64,000 nt of DNA, from positions 40,486,001 to 40,550,000 of the forward strand of contig NC_083288.1 of NCBI RefSeq assembly GCF_963506605.1, in the 5' to 3' direction. Of this stretch, positions 58,977 to 64,000 are shown piece by piece; the first letter of the stretch is position 1; every line of letters begins with the position of its first letter. The notes under the pieces were generated by a model. The model ran no database searches. It was given only the letters and a program-made list of their open reading frames with translations, and was not told where the DNA came from. A program made the position numbers and the translations under genes. The stretch is from Zootoca vivipara. Its lineage: Eukaryota.

Positions 58977-61900
58977 TCAACAATGGTCATCCTTCTTCCT
59001 TACTAACCTCTCTTTACTGTTCATCTCAGGCCTAAGTATAATGATGAAGATTTTAGGGAGGAAGATGCAACCCAGTAAGCCAGCAGTAGAGGCCAAGATG
59101 GAGAAGATCTCCACAGCCACCATGTATTTCCCTTTGGTGCTCAGATAAGTGGGGACAAAGGACAGCCAAACACTGCAGAAGACCAGCATGCTGAAGGTAA
59201 TCAACTTGGCTTCATTGAAAGTATCAGGCAACTTCCTGGCAAAGAAAGCCACAGAGAAGCTCACAATGGCCAAAAGACCCATGCAGCCGAGAATAAGGTG
59301 GAACATGATGTTGGAGCCTTCATTGCACTGCACTATGATTTGCCCATCCTGGGAGTGTAGGTCAAACTCTGGGAATGGGGGAGAGGATACCAGCCACCCA
59401 AGACAGATGCCAGCTTGAATGAGAGAGCAGAAGGTGATAAGGGATCCTGCCAGCCTCTTCCCAAGCCATTTCCTCAGGCTGTTTCCAGGCTTGGTCACCA
59501 TGAATGCCAAAACCACAGTAAGGGTTTTGGCTAACACACAAGCAACAGCAATGGAGAAGATGATGCCAAAGACGGTTTGCCTCAAGACACAGGTCACCTT
59601 TGTAGGCCTGCCAATGAATAAGAACGAGCAGAGAAAGCAGAGAAGCAGAGAAGAGAGCAAGGTGCAGGTGATTCCCCAGTTGTTGGCTTTGACAATGGGA
59701 GTGTTCCAGTGCAGACCAAAGGTCCCCATCACAACAACAGTGACCAGAGAAAGCAGGAGAGCCAAGGAAGCCAGAGTGGCCCCCAAGGGCTCATCATAGG
59801 ATAGGTAGCTTATTTGTTTTGGAATACATTGGTCCTGAAAGGCATTTGGGTGGTGATCATCTGGGCATTTCTCACACTGATCTGCATCTGAAAGTGAGAA
59901 GCATGCTTTTAGCATTTCTGGAAGCAAATTTTTTTATTATTATTGATACAGTCTATTATGGTGTACACGAAACATATTACTGAGCTGATGAACCAAAGGT
60001 GATCAACCAGTGTTCCCCCTTAATCATGTCCAGCTCTGAATCCAGCCCCATGTTTTTGCATTTCTAAGCTTGTCGTCCAAGTGTTTCTTTTTTACACTTT
60101 CTGCAATGGAACTTGGGAGTAGACGAAACAGCCAGGTAGCCTGTCATCAGGAAAATCTATATTTGACAAGACTGTTGACGGTTCCTAAGGCTTGAAACTG
60201 TGTGAATACAATAAAAGAGATAATTTACAATTTTAATAACAGAAGATGAAAATTTGTTGGCTGCAGTTTCAATGGTGAGAAAAGGAAATCTATGGCATGC
60301 AATTCTAACCATTTCTACCCAGATGTATGTTATGCTGATTTCAATGGTGCTTACTCCAATGCAGACGTAATTTCACAGAAGATATACCTGAATAGCTGTC
60401 CAAAGGGTTGGGGAAAGGAAAGGAAAATATGTATCAGTAAAATAAACACATGTGCTTGTGATCCATGACAGAAAATAAGCGGACATAATAAGACTGAAAC
60501 ATGAATGTCTGTGTTGGAGAGGAAGATGGGAATTCCAGTTGACTTGGGTTCCTTCACTTACCCTTCTGGACTGAAATCCTCCCTTTCGGGCACTGAACAC
60601 AGTCATAGCAACACATTTGCTTTCCCTGCTGGGCAAACATACTCTGTCCAGGGTGGCAGCTCTCAACACAGGTGGAAATGGGCAGCATCTAATGGTAATG
60701 ACAAGCAAGGGATTTTGAATGGAATAAGCTTGCTTCTTTACATGAATCTTATTGTCATCTATGTCTGCTATGTGCAGAAAGGTCACAGGATAGAAATTAG
60801 AGGATGGCTGTCAAGCATTTGCTCCCTGGGCAAGCATCAGAAGACAAAGATGCATTGTGCTGTCACCTAACCACTTGGCCAGCCCAGCACACATCTGAAT
60901 GGCAAAGAGAAGCTCCTGCCAACCTTCTCCTTCTTGATAGATTGATTCCTCATAACCCAATGCTGATTCTCTCCTGGAGACGCTCTCTTTTAAAGTTTAA
61001 ATAAGAATTAATTTTTACTTAGTGTACTATGGCAGCTTTTGACTGATCTTGGATTAGGAAAGATAAGGAAAATAAGATTAAGGGGATAAATCGTTGTAAG
61101 AATGTAGTATATAAAGGATAGAGAATGGAGAAATGAGGTTGGGACGCAGGTGGCGCTGTGGGTTAAACCACAGAGCCTAGAGCTTGCCGATCAGAAGGTC
61201 GGCGGTTCGAATCCCTGCGACGGGGTGAGCTCCCGTTGCTCGGTCCCAGCTCCTGCCAACCTAGCAGTTCGAAAGCACATCAAAGTGCAAGTAGATAAAT
61301 AGGTACCGCTCCAGCAGAAAGGTAAACGGCGTTTCCGTGCGTTGCTCTGGTTGGCCAGAAGCGGCTTTCTCATGCTGGCCACATGACCTGGAAGCTGTAC
61401 GCCGTGTCCCTTGGCCAATAATGCGATATGAGCGCTGTAACCCCAGAGTCGGTCTCGACTGGACCTAATGGTCAGGGGTCCCTTTACCTTTACTTTTACA
61501 TTCAGTATAAGAATTAAATTATACAACGGGATTTGACAGGAAATCTATTTTCTTTTATGTTATAGCCTTTGTAAATTATCAAATAGAAACTAGTAGGAAT
61601 ACATTTTAAGTTTTTGTTCATAAGTATGTAAGGAAGGACAAAAACAGGTTATTCTTTTTAAAATTCTTTTTCTTTTTATTCTTCTTTGTGTAAATAGCTG
61701 GAATTTTCATTTATTCTAAGAGATGTATTATAGATGTAATGCTCTGCAAGACTATTAATAAAGCTAATAAAAATACTTAGTGTACTTTTACTTGCAGATT
61801 AAAATATACAATGCAGGCAGGTGTTACTTACATTGCTGATACATCTTATATAGATTTTTATCTAAGATAAATGTTGTTACAGACTGACAGCAGCACAACA

Positions 61901-61995
61901 GAACATTCTGCTGTATTGTGTTTTTAATATTCGGTTGGGAGCCGCCCAATGTCCCTGGGGATACCCAGCTACATGGGCGGGGTATAAATAAATAA

Positions 61996-62028
<33 letters not shown>

Positions 62029-63579
62029 GTTATTATTATTATTATTATTATTTCCTGCTGCTCTAACTGTTTGAACTGCTCATAATGTTGCAAGCCAAAA
62101 AATTGCTCATCTTCTGAGTTAAATAAAACTCAGAGAAAATAGGAGTTAGAAGTCCATTTTGTTTATTGCAAAGCAATAGGCTACAGTCGAATTATTTCGC
62201 AAAACTGCAACCCCGCCCATGGTGGGGCAGAGGAATTTATAACATTTCAGACAAAGGATTTCGATTTAACCAATCACATAAATCATTACCTCATTTTATA
62301 TTCAATATTCATCATTACCTCATTTCATGTTTAATACGCATGCGCAATAAGCATCTCTAAGTAAACTTTGATTCTCACCGTGATCTGTTACATATTGTTA
62401 GTTTACATGCATGGGAACCTGTGTTACATGTGGATGTAACAACTTATGTTCTAGCTTATGAATTATATCTTTGTGTATTAGCTGACCTTCTGTTCTAGTA
62501 AAAGAACGGCATCTTGCTGAATCATCAGTTTCTTTAAAGCATCAGGTTACCATAACTTTTCTAATATAAGCATATTCTGAGATTCATAAGGATTTACATT
62601 GTCACCTTAATTGTGGCCCTTTGGGCCCCTGCTACAATAACTGCCATAACTGTACAAACCAACAGAACTATGCCCTTTTAAAATGTGGGATTTTTTTAAC
62701 AGGGGCTATTGAGTTGTTGTTTTTATTATGATAATGTATTATGTGGTTTTATATGTTTATTTCAATCTATGAATCGCCCTGAGACCTCTTGGCATAGGGT
62801 GGTATATAAATTCAATCCACCCACCCACCCATTGCATCAGGCATATGAAAGCAAAGGGTTCTATAGCCTTCTGAGCATTAGCTGTTTCCTTAGACTTTTG
62901 GATGCTTTCATCCCAAACATTATGGCCAAGCCTGCACGGAGTTTGGCCTCACCATCAGCCTGATGGAGACCAACATCCTGGGACAGGATATCACTGGCAC
63001 TCCATCCATCAACAATAGTGACCACACACTTCAGGAGGTAGGTGATTTTCTTTCTACCTGTACTCCACTTGTTGGGACACAGTCTCAAACAAAGATTGTT
63101 GCCAACAACACATTTTGGAGCACAACAGTCCCTTTTCAAGAGCTTTAAACACTTGCCAACTCCTCACCCAGAAATACTTCGTTCTTTAACTCTGAGCTCC
63201 AAATTTGAACAAAGTAAAAAAAATAGTATTTATTCAGTGAGTACCAGAGTTTGCCACCTCACACTTCTCCTTTGTAGCCATCTCTGTTTTCCTGAATCTC
63301 TTGATCTTCTCATAAAAGATGATGATGAAAACAAGAAATAGTCCCACCCACCTGCTTGAACTTGGGATTCCATGCAATGGCACTTCCATCCACTGTGAAC
63401 TCTTTTCCTGGGGGTGCCTGAGGGTCCACCCTCCCCACTCGGACTCTCTGGAAAGACTCATTGGGAAATGTGACCAAGTTGAGGAGATCATAGCCACCTG
63501 CCTGCTGCCCCTTCTCATCAAAAGAGATTTCTTCCCCAGCACTGTTGTTGAAGTGGAGGTTCTTCAGGAAGGAGTGAAG
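58977..63579 (-). CDS. Vomeronasal type-2 receptor, paralogue 3, exons 4-6 (5' exons beyond the right edge)
   Basis: Exons 63579-63352 (228 nt), 60688-60562 (127 nt), 59887-58977 (911 nt); intact frames and splice sites. Confidence 0.93.
61141..61497 (+). mobile_element. Sauria SINE
   Basis: Full Sauria consensus; absent at the equivalent site of paralogue 2 (~47185). Confidence 0.95.
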
Positions 63580-63882
63580 CTAGATTGCAAGGGGAGGGGG
63601 AGAGACAGACCTTGTAGGCTAATGTGCTCTCTCTATTGCCAGTTTGACCTTTGGCTTTTTACTACCATTCACCGGTATGTTATAGGACACTGAAAGCTGC
63701 CTTACAGTGAGTGAAATCATTGCTCTATATAGCTCAGTCATTTCTATACTGGTTGTTATTGACTCTCTAGGGTTTCAGAGTCTTTCCCAGCATGATCTTG
63801 AGATGCTGGGGGTTGAACATGGGACCTTCTGAATGAACAGAAATGCTCTGCCATTGAGCTGTAAGCCTTTCCAGTTCCAATA

Positions 63883-64000
63883 CAGTGGTACTTTGGGTTA
63901 TGAACACTTTGGGTTACAAACGTGTCAGGTCACAAACTCCGCTAACCTGGAAGTGGTGCCTCAAGTTGTGAACTTTGCCCCAGGATGAGATCAGAAATTG
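63883..64000. mobile_element. Tc1/mariner-type MITE, left end
   Basis: TA followed by cagtggtactttgggtta, resembling the TIR of the 2443-2695 element; runs off the window. Confidence 0.55.

Overview
Vertebrate genomic DNA from a squamate, most likely a lacertid lizard (Sauria SINEs, lizard-type L2, L1 and Penelope repeats). It is a chemoreceptor locus. Three single-exon class II olfactory receptor genes (two intact, one broken by a single nonsense codon in TM7) lie left of a 155-N assembly gap. Three tandem minus-strand vomeronasal type-2 receptor (V2R) paralogues lie right of it: two complete six-exon genes with intact spliced ORFs (882 and 885 aa) and exons 4-6 of a third. Transposons are dense: a degraded Ty1/Copia element with a half-tRNA PBS, a full-length L1 nested in an L2 tail, a non-autonomous Helitron, Penelope fragments with hammerhead ribozymes (one a perfect 150-bp palindrome), a solo LTR, MITEs and SINEs. 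The most interesting object is a young full-length Tf1/sushi-type Ty3/Gypsy element (38333-44143; LTRs 415/417 identical; 5-bp TSD). It appears to self-prime reverse transcription and has a PEG10-like -1 frameshift signal. Its Pol frame continues past a degenerate chromodomain and one in-frame TAA into a ~208-aa tail that runs through the PPT into the 3' LTR. That tail carries two tandem DWxxIFTPTxSDxTDFLGF motifs, diverged mostly at synonymous sites, resembling the FxGF motifs that bind LEDGF/p75-type TFIIS-N-terminal domains. This suggests an integration-tethering mechanism by host-motif mimicry that I do not know to have been described; it is an inference that needs testing.
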